DNA of 64,000 bases from contig OZ024746.1 of NCBI GenBank assembly GCA_964016885.1, positions 16,616,001 through 16,680,000 of the forward strand, in the 5' to 3' direction. The stretch is from Eledone cirrhosa. Its lineage: Eukaryota. The translations under genes and the position numbers were made by a program. This document shows positions 1 through 11,436 of this stretch, in pieces. The notes under the pieces are model-generated. The model was not told where the DNA came from and did no database searches. It worked only from the letters and a program-made list of their open reading frames with translations. How positions within the stretch are numbered: the stretch's first letter is position 1; every line of letters starts with the position of its first letter.

Positions 1-239
1 CAAACCTGATTTGAGAGCCATAATAATTCCTTAGTTGACCTAAATATACTAGATTTGTCCACTTATAAAAGATTAAGGAGATGGAATGATTATTTACTTT
101 TCAGGTGGATATTTTGCTGCTGGCACGAATAATTTATAACATTTGTTGATGTAAAATCTAGTCACCTTTTTTAATAATAATTATTAGCCTTTAAAGATAA
201 TATATGGCATGTAATTTACACACAGGCTCACACATACAT

Positions 240-291
<52 letters not shown>

Positions 292-1823
292 TATAATATA
301 TATATATATATTTTATACATATATATGTGCATGTATGTATGTCTGTGTATATATATATCATCACTGTTACGTCCATTTTTCCACAGTAGTATGCGTTAGA
401 CGAGTTGTCCTGTTGTGAGCAATGCTAGGTCAGGTGACCATGTCTTGCTCATACAGAACTGATTTTGGCTTGATTTCTACAGTTGGATGCCCTTCCTAAC
501 ACGAACCTCCTTTACAGTGAGTACTGGATGCTTTTGTTGTGATACCTACTCGACCACTTTACAGTGTGGACCTGACGCTTTTTACAGTGTCATCATCATG
601 ACCACTTTACAGTGTGGGTTGGGGGCTTCACTGGGTGTATACTTCGGCCTATTCTCATATATTGAACTTAAAACCATGTAGTTTATGAAGTGAACTCTTT
701 AGCCACACAACCATGATTGCTTTAATTCCAGCTGCACCCAACCAATGGGAAATATGTATTTTCCCCTTCCCTTACACCACCTGTCTTGGAGATCCTGCTA
801 ATATCATGGCTGCTACCCTTACTCCTATCTCCAAGCCATTAAAAAGGATTACAAAATACTTCAGCAAATATAAAAAAGAAACAAACAAAATTTAATGTCA
901 GCGAAGTCTTGAGAGATTTTTAAGTGGTAGAGAAGTGAATGTTACGATTGATATGACTTCTGACTGTCTCAAATAAACATTCCCTGATAATCTACCATGA
1001 GTATGTTGAGAGATAGAAACTGTAGCTGGGTTGTGAGTCATAGGTGAAGTTTAGACCAAAATCTAACAACTAATTCTGACAATTCAATAGAGACACTTAT
1101 AAAAGGCTGTATACTGTCCAGAGACTAATAAACCTTCTTTAGTTTTATGATTTATAACCTATGTTGATTCTTACAATGAGGTTTCCACTTGTTTGAACAA
1201 TGGAACACATACTCATGAAATTAACATGTAAGTAGCTGAGCATTCCACAGACACATGTTCCTCTTACTGTAGTTCTCAAGGAGATTCAGTGTGACATAGT
1301 GCATGACAAGTCTGGCCCTTTGATATACAAGTACAGCCCATCTTGTAACATTATGAAAGTGGCTGAGCATTCTACAGGCATGTGCACCCCTTAACAGTTT
1401 AGGAATTAAACCCACATTACAATCGTAAGTTTAACCATTAGGTTGAGTACCTCCACTTTGTGTATAAGTTGTATATGGGTAGATATACAACCTTGACTAA
1501 CAAGTGAGAAATAATGTTGTTGGTTGCTTCCCCTGGTTTTTGTTGAGACTAAGAATGTGTGACGGCAGTTGCAACCTTTAAAAAAATCAAAGCGGAAGGC
1601 TGTCAAATGCTTTTTATAAACATGCTTTTTCTCCCTGCAAATTTGTTTTCTGTTTCTTCCTCTTCTCTTTCTCTATCTTTCTATTTCTTCTTTTATTTCT
1701 TATTCTATCTGCTGACGAAGGACTAATGTCTGAAGTGTTAAGACTATTACTGCTATATCAAATGTTAAACTAATATATATCTTCATTGTACTGTATTGTT
1801 TGCTTTGTTGTTTTCCGTTTACT

Positions 1824-1882
<59 letters not shown>

Positions 1883-2059
1883 AGTGTGTGTGTGTGTGTG
1901 TAAAACTGTTAATGATGGTGTTAAATACGGTAACAGATTAAGTTTACCACCTTTATATAAGTATGTGTAAATATATATGTGTAAAAAATGTGACTAAATT
2001 AAGTGTGATAAATGTGAAGAACTAAAACAAATTCAGTGAACACATTTCTACAATCTCAC

Positions 2060-2469
2060 CTCAGTTAATTCTTCTAAACCTTTAAACTCCAGCCTCCAGC
2101 CTTCGTCATCAGTCAAATGGAAATGGAAGTGATTCAACTTATAGGTTGCCATCATATCTAATACTTCGAAGACAGTCTTCTTATCAAAGAAGTTTCGAGC
2201 AACATCAAATTCCATGCCACGATAAGGAAACCGTGGGGAATCTTCCATCATTACTTTTGGTATGGTGTAGTTGGCACTGGTCAAACTCAATAGAGATTGT
2301 ATACCATAAAATACTCCAGCACTGTCATGGCCAATTATTTTGATGAACTCTTTCTGTGGGTTCACTTCCAGGGAATAACCTTCAGCGTTCTTCACATTTG
2401 TAGAGTGTATGTCCAGCTCTATGTAGCGATGGAGTGGCTTCTTTACACCTTTCCCAACAGGAAATTTCT
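2060..2469 (-). CDS. GH20 beta-N-acetylhexosaminidase (chitobiase-like), coding exon 4; gene continues beyond the left edge of the window
   Basis: Encodes EGYSLEV...GVFYGIQSL...DSPRFPYRGMEFDVARNFF...KLNHFHFHLTDDEGWRLE, the GH20b and GH20 catalytic-start motifs. Acceptor tttcag, donor gtgaga; phase 1 matches the previous exon. Confidence 0.93.
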
Positions 2470-2559
2470 CTGAAACAAATACAGAAAAACTTAAGGAACT
2501 TCTTGAAAACAATTACAGATTCATTGATATTATCTTTACTAGTGTACTGAATTGGCAGT

Positions 2560-2728
2560 ATTGGTAGAGGGGCAGACATGTTTTCCAGCGTAGTTATGTC
2601 CCTTTACGATCTGAGTTCAAATCCTGCCGAGGTTAACTTTGCCTTTCATCTTTACAGGGTCGATAAAATAAAGTACCAGTAATACACTGGATAATTGTTG
2701 GCCTTGTGCCAAAAGTAGAAACAATTAT
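2560..2728 (+). mobile_element. tRNA-derived SINE, family A. Other copies at ~15810-15990, 23040-23160, 26550-26722 (+) and 27215-27400, 49700-49900, 58180-58320, 59060-59240, 60460-60630, 62385-62550 (-)
   Basis: A-box-like ggcagtattggtagag, B-box-like gagttcaaatcc, and a shared body ending ctggccttgtgccaaaagtagaaaca, repeated many times across the window. Confidence 0.8.
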
Positions 2729-2741
2729 CTTTACTAGTGTA

Positions 2742-2935
2742 CCATTATCATCATCACCATTGTCATCATCATCATCATCATCATCATGATCATCACCACC
2801 ATCATCATCATCATCATCACCATCATCATCATCACCATCATCATCATCACCATTATCATCATCACCATTGTCAGCATCACCATTGTCATCATCATCATCA
2901 TCATCATCATCACCATCATCATCATTGTCATCATA
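2742..2935. repeat. (CAT/CAC)n microsatellite
   Basis: Direct reading. Confidence 0.95.
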
Positions 2936-3179
2936 ATGTACATTTGACTCAGCATTCCACAGACATGTGTAGTTTAATGTAGTTCTCGGGTAGATTCAGT
3001 ATGACACATGCATTACAGGTACAACTAATTTTTTTTTTTTACAGTTGAAATAAAGTATCTTGCTCAAGGGCACAATGTGCCACCAGAAATGTACTAACAA
3101 CCTTGTGATCATGAACTAAACACCCTAACCACTAAGTCACACAGTTTCATTCATGATAAACAATAAATTGTTTACTTAC

Positions 3180-3511
3180 TTATTAAGTAGGAAGCCTCAT
3201 TAATTAAACTTTGAGGATTTATGACCAACCAATCTCTCGTTTCTAAACAAATTATTTCTTTGTCATCAACTTTAATTTCCAAAGGAGTTGGTATCACATA
3301 GCTGGGAGATTTACCAAGATCCTTGATATCGTTGATGGCATACCGATATTTACTAGTATAGGGATCATATCTATCATGTAACTCTTCAGTTTTCTCTTTA
3401 TAATCATATCTCTTCCATTTCTCGACTTTGTCAAAATCCCCGACAAAATTAAGGCTGTCTCCGGCTGTGCTGAGAATAGTTCTTGGGGTCAAACCAGGAG
3501 CGGTGATGTAC
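3180..3511 (-). CDS. GH20 hexosaminidase coding exon 3
   Basis: Encodes (W)YITAPGLTPRTILSTAGDSLNFVGDFD...WKRYD...VIPTPLE. Acceptor atcag, donor gtaagt; phases 2 and 1 fit both neighbouring exons. Confidence 0.9.
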
Positions 3512-3840
3512 CTGATATAATAGAAAGCTAATAGTTATTAGTGTTAAACCAGGTACAATAACTCACCTGATATAATAGAAAGCTAATAGTTATTAGTGTT
3601 AAACCAGGTACAATAACTCACCTGATATAATAGAAAGCTAATAGTTATTAGTATTAAACCAGGTACAATAACTCACCTGATATAATAGAAAGCTAATAGT
3701 TATTAGTATTAAACCAGGTACAATAACTCACCTGATATAATAGAAAGCTAATAGTTATTAGTGTTAAACCAGGTACAATAACTCACCTGATATAATAGAA
3801 AGCTAATAGTTATTAGTGTTAAACCAGATACCTGATATAT
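3511..3840 (-). repeat. 55-bp tandem repeat (6 units) containing the exon-3 splice acceptor
   Basis: Unit cctgatataatagaaagctaatagttattagtgttaaaccaggtacaataactca starts at 3511, 3566, 3621, 3676, 3731 and 3786. Confidence 0.95.
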
Positions 3841-4834
3841 GAAATGAAATTTACAGCTCACACTTATGCAGTTTTAGTTGCCCTCTTATGAAGTTGCATC
3901 TCATATGAGGTTTTTGGGGTGCTTTAGTGATAGGGTCCCAGTTCTCTTATGGAAAGCAATGTAAAATGATGCTTTTGTTCAAGAAGTCAATTCATTGCTC
4001 AGTCCAGGAATTAAACTCAAGATCATGAGTTCAATGTTATAACCATTAGGCCCAGCTTCTTCACTACACTTGATGTAACCAAAAACATAATTAGTTCTTG
4101 GTGTCTGTGATATACCTGATGTACCAAAAACGAAAACTGAAAGTTTCAAACAGGAAGAAATTTAACAAACCAAAACAAGTTTATACTTTTATCTTATATT
4201 TCGTGATATTTCAAGCCTAGGACCTTTTTTATTTAATACAAAATATCATAAAATATAAGTTTAAACTTGTTTTATTTTGTTTTGTTTTTCTTACTCTACT
4301 CTAGTTTTCACTCTTGTATTTTTAACTTTCATTATACCATCTTTCTCCACAAACAATCATAACCACGTCTCACATTGTTTTCTATAAACTATACTTTAAT
4401 GAATTTCTTCAAATTTTCTTCAGTTGTAAAGGCAATGACATTACAGAACCTGTCAATCTCTATCTCCAGCAACGACAATACAAAACGTGTCAATCTTTAT
4501 CCCAAGTTAAGTGTCTAAAATCTATTTTTTCCCATTTAAAACAAAAATATATGACATTCTTTTATCTTTACAAGATAATACAATTAGTCAACTATTTAAG
4601 GAAGCAGGTCAGGTTGAACTGAACTCAAAATATAAATATTCATCGTCATCATCATCGTCATCATCATTCTATATCCAGTTTTCAATTCTGGAATGTGTAG
4701 GACAATATATATTACACTAATGTCTAACATAACAAACTAGACGTGTTTAAACCCATATATATGTATATGTATATATATATACATATATATGTGTGTGTGT
4801 GTACACACCCGCACACACACACCCACACACATAT

Positions 4835-5062
4835 ATCATCATCATCCTCATCACCGTTTTACGTCCATTCTTCCACGCTAGCATGGGTTAGACGGGTTGT
4901 CCTGTTGTGGGCAGTGTCCGGTCGGCTGACCTTGTCTTGCTCATACAGGAACTGATTCTGGCTTGATTTCTACAGCTGGATGCCCTTCCTAACACCAACC
5001 TCATTTACAGTGAGTGCTGGGTGCTTTTTGCCGTGGCACCTCCACGACCACTTTGCAGTGGA
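4835..5062 (-). mobile_element. SINE family B with RTE-like 3' tail and (GAT)n end. Other copies at ~360-620, 9262-9490, 25200-25350, 29020-29245 (-) and 36150-36385, 39520-39752 (+)
   Basis: Recurrent catcatc-gtttaacgtcc...gctagcatgggttagacgg...ctacagctggatgcccttcctaacaccaacc block. Confidence 0.75.
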
Positions 5063-5220
5063 ATGATAGGGGCCCCAGTCCTATCATCTCATTTCTACAG
5101 CTGAGTAAACTGGACCAATGTGAAATAAAGTGTCTTGCTCAAGGAAAAAACACATCACCCGGTTTGAGAATTGAACTCACAACCTTTCGATTGCAAGCCC
5201 AATGCTCTAACCACTAAGCC

Positions 5221-5294
<74 letters not shown>

Positions 5295-5304
5295 ACATAT
5301 TTAC

Positions 5305-5683
5305 CAATTTGGCATTATATCAGTTTTCGATACAATCCAATTTTCTCCTAAAAAGTTGACTTTCTTAACTTTGTTTGGTAGAATTGGTTTGAAACTAGAA
5401 GCTGGCTCCAGAGTGAAGGTACAGCCTTGAACATGAGTAAATTTAATGCCATCCCGTACAATTCCTTGTGGATCTGGTAAATAGTTGGGTTCTATCATAC
5501 GAATATAACAAATATATATCACCCAGCCATTTCCTTCAATAGCAGTTTTGCCACGATTTGTGATGGTCAACTGTACATTAAAGGTACGTAGGCCATCCTT
5601 TAGGTTAGTCAATATGTCATGTCTGATGTCTATATTAGTGGCTAATTGATCAATTGTTTCTTGATCAATCCCAATCACCAATG
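5305..5683 (-). CDS. GH20 hexosaminidase coding exon 2 (CHB_HEX-like N-terminal carbohydrate-binding domain)
   Basis: Encodes LVIGIDQETIDQLATNIDIRHDILTNL...WVIYICYIRMIE...FTHVQGCTFTLEP...WIVSKTDIMPNW, resembling the N-terminal domain of chitobiases. Acceptor ttcatag, donor gtaaat. Confidence 0.88.
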
Positions 5684-5752
5684 CTATGAAAAGAAGAAAA
5701 AAACAGTTGTTAGAATACATTACAACATATACACACACACATTCACACACAC

Positions 5753-5783
<31 letters not shown>

Positions 5784-5908
5784 TAAAATAACATTAAAGT
5801 TTAAGCAAAGAATCGCTGCTTTCACCCTTAGGATTCTTATATATTTGATATACATTTATCCTTACCGTACCCTCTTTGGATTTTAGTCTTCACATTTATT
5901 ATTATTAC

Positions 5909-5939
<31 letters not shown>

Positions 5940-5946
5940 GTATATA

Positions 5947-8900
5947 AGACAGAGCAGACCAGAGGTCCAACAACCTGGGAGGAAACCTGTAGAAGGCTTG
6001 GTTAGCCTCAAGCAGCGCACAAGGGATGGTGAGGTAGTATGTGTACCCACGGATAAGTCTGGTAGGATGTCAATAGACAGCATGCTGAACTACATCAAGG
6101 CTATGCAACCCCACATCACCAACACGAGCGAAATTGCACAGCAAATACATGATGGGAGAGAGAAAATCCTCAACGCTCACATGATGATGTGGACTCAGAC
6201 TCAGACTCAGAAGCTCCCGCGTCTTGCAACGCATGAGGCAATCATAGTGTTCCACCGCGTTCGGTCAGCAGCCAGTTGCACAGCGTCCCGCCATTGTCTG
6301 GCACCAGTTCATTTTGGGTCGCCCTCTCTGTCTGCTTCCCTGTGGGTTCCATTTAAGTACTTGGTTCGCCAGTCTCTCCGGGGGAAGTCTCAAAGCGTGC
6401 CCAAACCAGCCCAGGCGTTGCTTGCAGATGGCAGAAGAGACCAGCTGCTGGTTGGTGCGGTTCCTGACTTCCTGGTTTGTTACATGGTCACTCCATTTAA
6501 TCCCCAGGATCTTTCGCAGACACCTGGAATCGAATGCGTCCAACTTCTTCTCTTGGCTGGTCTTAAGGTGCCATGTTTCACTTCCGTACAAGAGTGTGGA
6601 CAGCACGTTGCTGTTGTAGAATCTCATCTTTGTTTTGAGAGTGAACTTCCTGATGATGTGGACCGACATCCTAAAGCCAAGCAGACGCACTGCCAATAAC
6701 TTCCAGGCGTGTAACAATGGCATACCACCCTTGTATGGGCTCCGCAAAGACCACGAGATATCCGACGACCCGACAACAGGACCACCAACAAGATCCATAT
6801 GCAGAGCAAATATAGCTAGCAACTACAGGATCTCCTACTTCCTCTCAATGGTTATACGCCCCATAATCAAGATGTCCCCAGATGTTTGTGACAGTACAGA
6901 GGACCCGCTCAACAGAATCAGTGAGTGCAACAAAAACAGGAGCCTATCCAACTGCATAATAGGCAGCATGGATGTGGTATCACTGTACCCATCCATTAAC
7001 ATTGATTTTGCTGTGGGAAAATGTGTGGAGATGATCATTGAGAGTGAGGTGGAGCTCTGTGATGTCGACACAGACGAACTGGGCCTCCTACTTAGACTTA
7101 CCTATGACACTGACTACCTAGACAGCCATGACCTTAGACGTTTCTGCCCCAGTAGACCCATAAGAAGTAGACCCCCCCCCCATCATAACCTTAATGGCTA
7201 AAAAGACTCCCATGGGAAGGTGGATTGTGGGGACCAAAGCTATACGGACCCCCAAAACAATGATCAGGTAAGAAGAATGGTCGCACATGCAATAGGGGCT
7301 AGTATCAAAACTACCCTAAAGGGCCACATATTCAAGTTCAACGAGACAATCTACACCCAAAATGAGGGAGCAGCCATTGGCGTCAACATAGCTGGTGACG
7401 TTGCCAACTTTTTTATGGTATGGTGGGAAAGGAGACTCAAAGATTTCCTTGATGAGAGCTCCATAGACCTCATCATGTTACGTAGACGATATCAATATAG
7501 TAATAAGAACATCCCCACAAGAGAGCACTAACAAGTTTGATTTAGAACGTAGCACAATGGAAAGCATCCAGCAATTAGCTAATTCCATACACCAGAGTAT
7601 AACTGTAACTATCGACTACCCTTCAAACACCCTAACAATAGACTACCTGTATTAGACACGGAACTCTGGATTAACACTAGAGAGCCCAAATTCTCCACTC
7701 ACACTATGCTAAACCCATGGCCTCCAAATACCTGATACTCAAAAACTCAGCAATGTCCAGTAGTGCTAAGTTTAATATTCTGATCGCAGACTTGGTACGA
7801 GTGATGAAGAACGCGTCCCGCATGTGCGACCCAACAGAAATGGAAAGACACATCCAACACTTCATCAACCGCATGCAGTTCTCTGGCTACAACCAAAGAG
7901 ACAGAATCAGAGTATACGAAGGAGCCATGGAAAAGTATAAGACCCTCATAGAACTGGACATGAAAGGAATTTGCCCATTATACAGGAGCAAATCATGGAA
8001 TAGCTTAGATAGGGAATAAGATAGGGAAAGCCACCTCATGGTACGACAACCAGAGATACCAGAGTGTCATGTTGGTGGACGCTACCCCTGGAGGGAAATT
8101 AGCTAACCAGTGTAGAAAGGCCCTGAGAAAGACCCACTTAAAGATTAAGGTGGTAGAAAAGCCAGGAACCACCATGAAATCCCTGATCAGCAAAACCTAC
8201 CCTTTTAAGAAAACCCACTGTACCAATAGGAAATGTATCATATGTAAGGTGAACCCCCGGATAAACTGTAAAACTAGAAACATAGTCTATAGCATAAGAT
8301 GTACAGAGGGTACTTGCAGAAACACAACAACATACATAGGCGAGACAGCTCGTAGCTTAGGTGAAAGGATAGACCAACACTGGGGGGAACTAAAAGGACG
8401 AAAAAACGGTTCAGTACTATACGAACACGCCAGACAACAACACAACGGTAACATAGATAACATAGAAATTAGAATAATATCTAAACATAGAAATGACCCA
8501 GCAGATAGGCAAATCAGAGAGGCCAGTGAAATAGAACTTAGAAGGCCAAGGCTAAACAGAAAAAATGAATGGAATAACAACAACAACCAAACAAACAACA
8601 CTGACCTAAGAGAAGTATAAATAAATAAATAAATAAATAGATAAATAAATAAATAAATAAATAAATAGATAAATAAATAAATAAATAGATAAATAAATAA
8701 ATACATACACAAGCACAATAACAACAAACACATATAAACACACACTAGTAAAGATAGAATACATTATCCAATACACAGTCACCCAAACACGTCACACATC
8801 AAACAAAATACTATACACACACGCAAACGCATGCACAAAGAAGACAAAAAAATAAACAAATAAATAAATATATAAACAGACTAAATAAAGATGGCGTAGA

Positions 8901-9180
8901 CATACAATGCAACGGGAGGAAACAATAGCACCACTGACGATGTTGCAGATGTGCAACAAAAGAACTTTGATAGACTATACATATATGTGTTTGTGTCTAT
9001 ATTGTATCTGTATTTTTGACCGTTGGTCAGTCAATGACAACATTGAGGACCGAATAAATTAGATTAACCGATATAAAAGACACAGAAGCGAAAACCGAAA
9101 ACCAACCAAACAGTGAGTGTGTTCTGTTATTAATTCTGGCAATATTACACAAATATGACCCTCCCCAAGTATAACAATAT
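5947..9180 (+). mobile_element. Penelope-like retroelement 1 (RT + GIY-YIG), frameshifted, with 3' pLTR
   Basis: Motifs VPTDKSGR, PPLYGLRKDH, GSMDVVSLYPSI, QNEGAAIG and YVDDI (across a frameshift near 7480). Cys-rich linker and NIVYSIRC...YIGETARSLGERIDQH endonuclease ending at 8620. Hammerhead-like motif at 8934; (TA)n on both flanks. Confidence 0.9.
6195..6650 (-). mobile_element. 5'-truncated RTE-clade LINE inserted in Penelope-like element 1
   Basis: Encodes LLYGSETW...CLRKILGIKW...RLGWFGH...RGRPK. (TCTGAG)n tail; 13-bp TSD tgatgatgtggac at 6182-6194 and 6651-6663. Confidence 0.92.
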
Positions 9181-9193
9181 ATATATATGTATA

Positions 9194-9264
<71 letters not shown>

Positions 9265-9562
9265 TCATCATCATCATCATCATCGTTTAACGTCCATATC
9301 TTCCACGCTTGCATGGGTTTGGACGCGAGTTTTCCCACTTGAGGCAAGAGTGGTTGTCTTGCTCGCAGAGAACTGTCTGGCGGGTTTTCTACGGCTGGAT
9401 GCCCTTCCTAACACCAACCACGTTTACAGTGTGGACTGGGAGGTTTTTACCGTCTTACCTACATGGCCACATTACAGCGTGGACTATATATATATCAGGT
9501 GGTGCTATTAAGTTAGACATGGCCTGGGCCTATACTGGCCGAAACCTATCTATCTGCCTATC

Positions 9563-9596
<34 letters not shown>

Positions 9597-9805
9597 AACA
9601 TAGTTTAACTTATGCCAAAATCCCCATCGAGTAGAATACAAGCAAAACTAATTAATGCAAGAGAGTTTCACTCACATATTATCCCCTAACTGTAGTTTCT
9701 GGCATGAAGAAATTATATTAATTATCTTGATAAATTAAGACAACCAACATTGGAAGGAAATTCCTTTATCAGAGGTGTTCTTTAGTATATGGATATTATC
9801 CTTTG

Positions 9806-10035
9806 AATCAGAATGGTGAATCTAGCTACATACAATCATACATACAATCAGCATGGTGAATCTAGCTACATACAATCATACATACAATCAGCATGGTGAA
9901 TCTAGCTACATACAATCATACATACAATCAGCATGGTGAATCTAGCTACATACAATCATACATACAATCAGCATGGTGAATCTAGCTACATACAATCATA
10001 CATACAATCAGCATGGTGAATCTAGCTACATACAT
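9806..10035. repeat. 40-bp minisatellite, ~5.7 copies
   Basis: Unit aatcagcatggtgaatctagctacatacaatcatacatac. Confidence 0.93.
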
Positions 10036-10222
10036 GCAACTCTCTAATTTAGATATTTTTAGCTATCTTTTCATTGAGATGTCCAGAATATTAGACAAAA
10101 AACTTTCTCTTTTTCATGAAGGACCGTGACAAGTGGAGAGATGCTGTGCTGAAAAGGACCCGTCCAACCCTTGCAAGCAGGGAAAAGAGGACGTAAAATG
10201 ATGATGATGATGATGATGATGA

Positions 10223-10279
<57 letters not shown>

Positions 10280-10314
10280 ATAATTGTGCTTGCCTTGTTT
10301 ATCTTGAACTATAT

Positions 10315-10400
<86 letters not shown>

Positions 10401-10569
10401 CAAGATAAACAAGGCAAGAACAGTGATACAATAACACAAAGTCTTATTAGTTTCATCCATGTTGGAAAAGGAAAATGATTGTTTAAAGGTATCAGATGTT
10501 AGTTTTTCATCAGAAAAGAGGAGCAAAGTTCTGAGGAAGAGGTTGGAAGGTTGAATAGAAAAATGTTTT

Positions 10570-11190
10570 AAGAAGATGAATGAGGTGGCCTTCTCTTGTA
10601 ACATGTTCATCTGTGCCTTCTTGGGCCTGGGGGTGGACACGTGCTTCCACTGGACACTCTGACATTTACTTTCAGGGTCATAGGTAAATACTTAACTCTC
10701 ATTGCAAGTCACTATTTTATTCAGGAAACCAGAATTAGCCTCTATCAAGAATGTCAATGCAACATTCCTTACAATGGAATGTTGCATTGACATTCGTTGG
10801 AGAGAACCTTTGGCACAAACTTGACACAAACTTTCTGGAGCTCCAGATCTTTGGTCGGAATTGTTTCCACTGTACCAATACTAATACCAACAGCTTCATA
10901 CATCACCTTCACAGCAGCTCCATCTTGCATCATTAACCCTTGCACTTCCTCAATGTGTTCCTCCTTTCATGCACTGTTCAGTTCTCCAAATCTGCGTCAT
11001 CCTCAACTAACTCATTTCCTTCAGAAAATCATTTAAGCCACTTGTAGAATCTTGCTTTGCTCAACAATTCACCCTCATAGAAACCCTCTAATATTCCATA
11101 GGCTTCTTGTTCAGTTTTCTTAAATTTAACACAAAACCTGGGTGTTGAAGCTTTTAAATTAAGCTTTTAAGTTAAATTCAATAAAATTCA
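10570..11190 (-). mobile_element. Degenerate mariner transposase remnant
   Basis: Broken frames give FCVKFKKTEQEAYGIL, VGISIGTVETI...KVCVKFVPKVL (WVPHEL-equivalent) and SKCQSVQWKHVSTPRPKKA. Confidence 0.75.
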
Positions 11191-11436
11191 TACCAGATCT
11201 GCAATTCTAACAATAGACCGTTTATACATATATACATGTGCATGTGTGCATGTGCATGTGTGTGTGAGCATGTTTGTGCATGTGTTTGTGTGTATGTGTA
11301 CAAAAGGACCTTCTCCACAAGCTTATGTCTACACCTGAGGTATGCAAAAATCGATATTAAACTGATTTACTTCAAATAGTTTTGGATGAAATTTTTTTAA
11401 GGATCTTATCATTGGAATTCCAGGGACAATCCTCCT

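Noticed and set aside
690-900. Possible next hexosaminidase exon
   Set aside because: No expected GH20 motifs (such as PEFDMPGH) and no convincing splice sites.
2560-2640. tRNA genes at A/B-box motifs
   Set aside because: These are SINE heads; no cloverleaf could be drawn.
2734-2982. Poly-His and poly-Met ORFs
   Set aside because: (CAT)n microsatellite inside an intron.
5938-6699. 253-aa ORF as a novel gene
   Set aside because: Penelope N-terminal sequence reading through an antisense RTE insertion.
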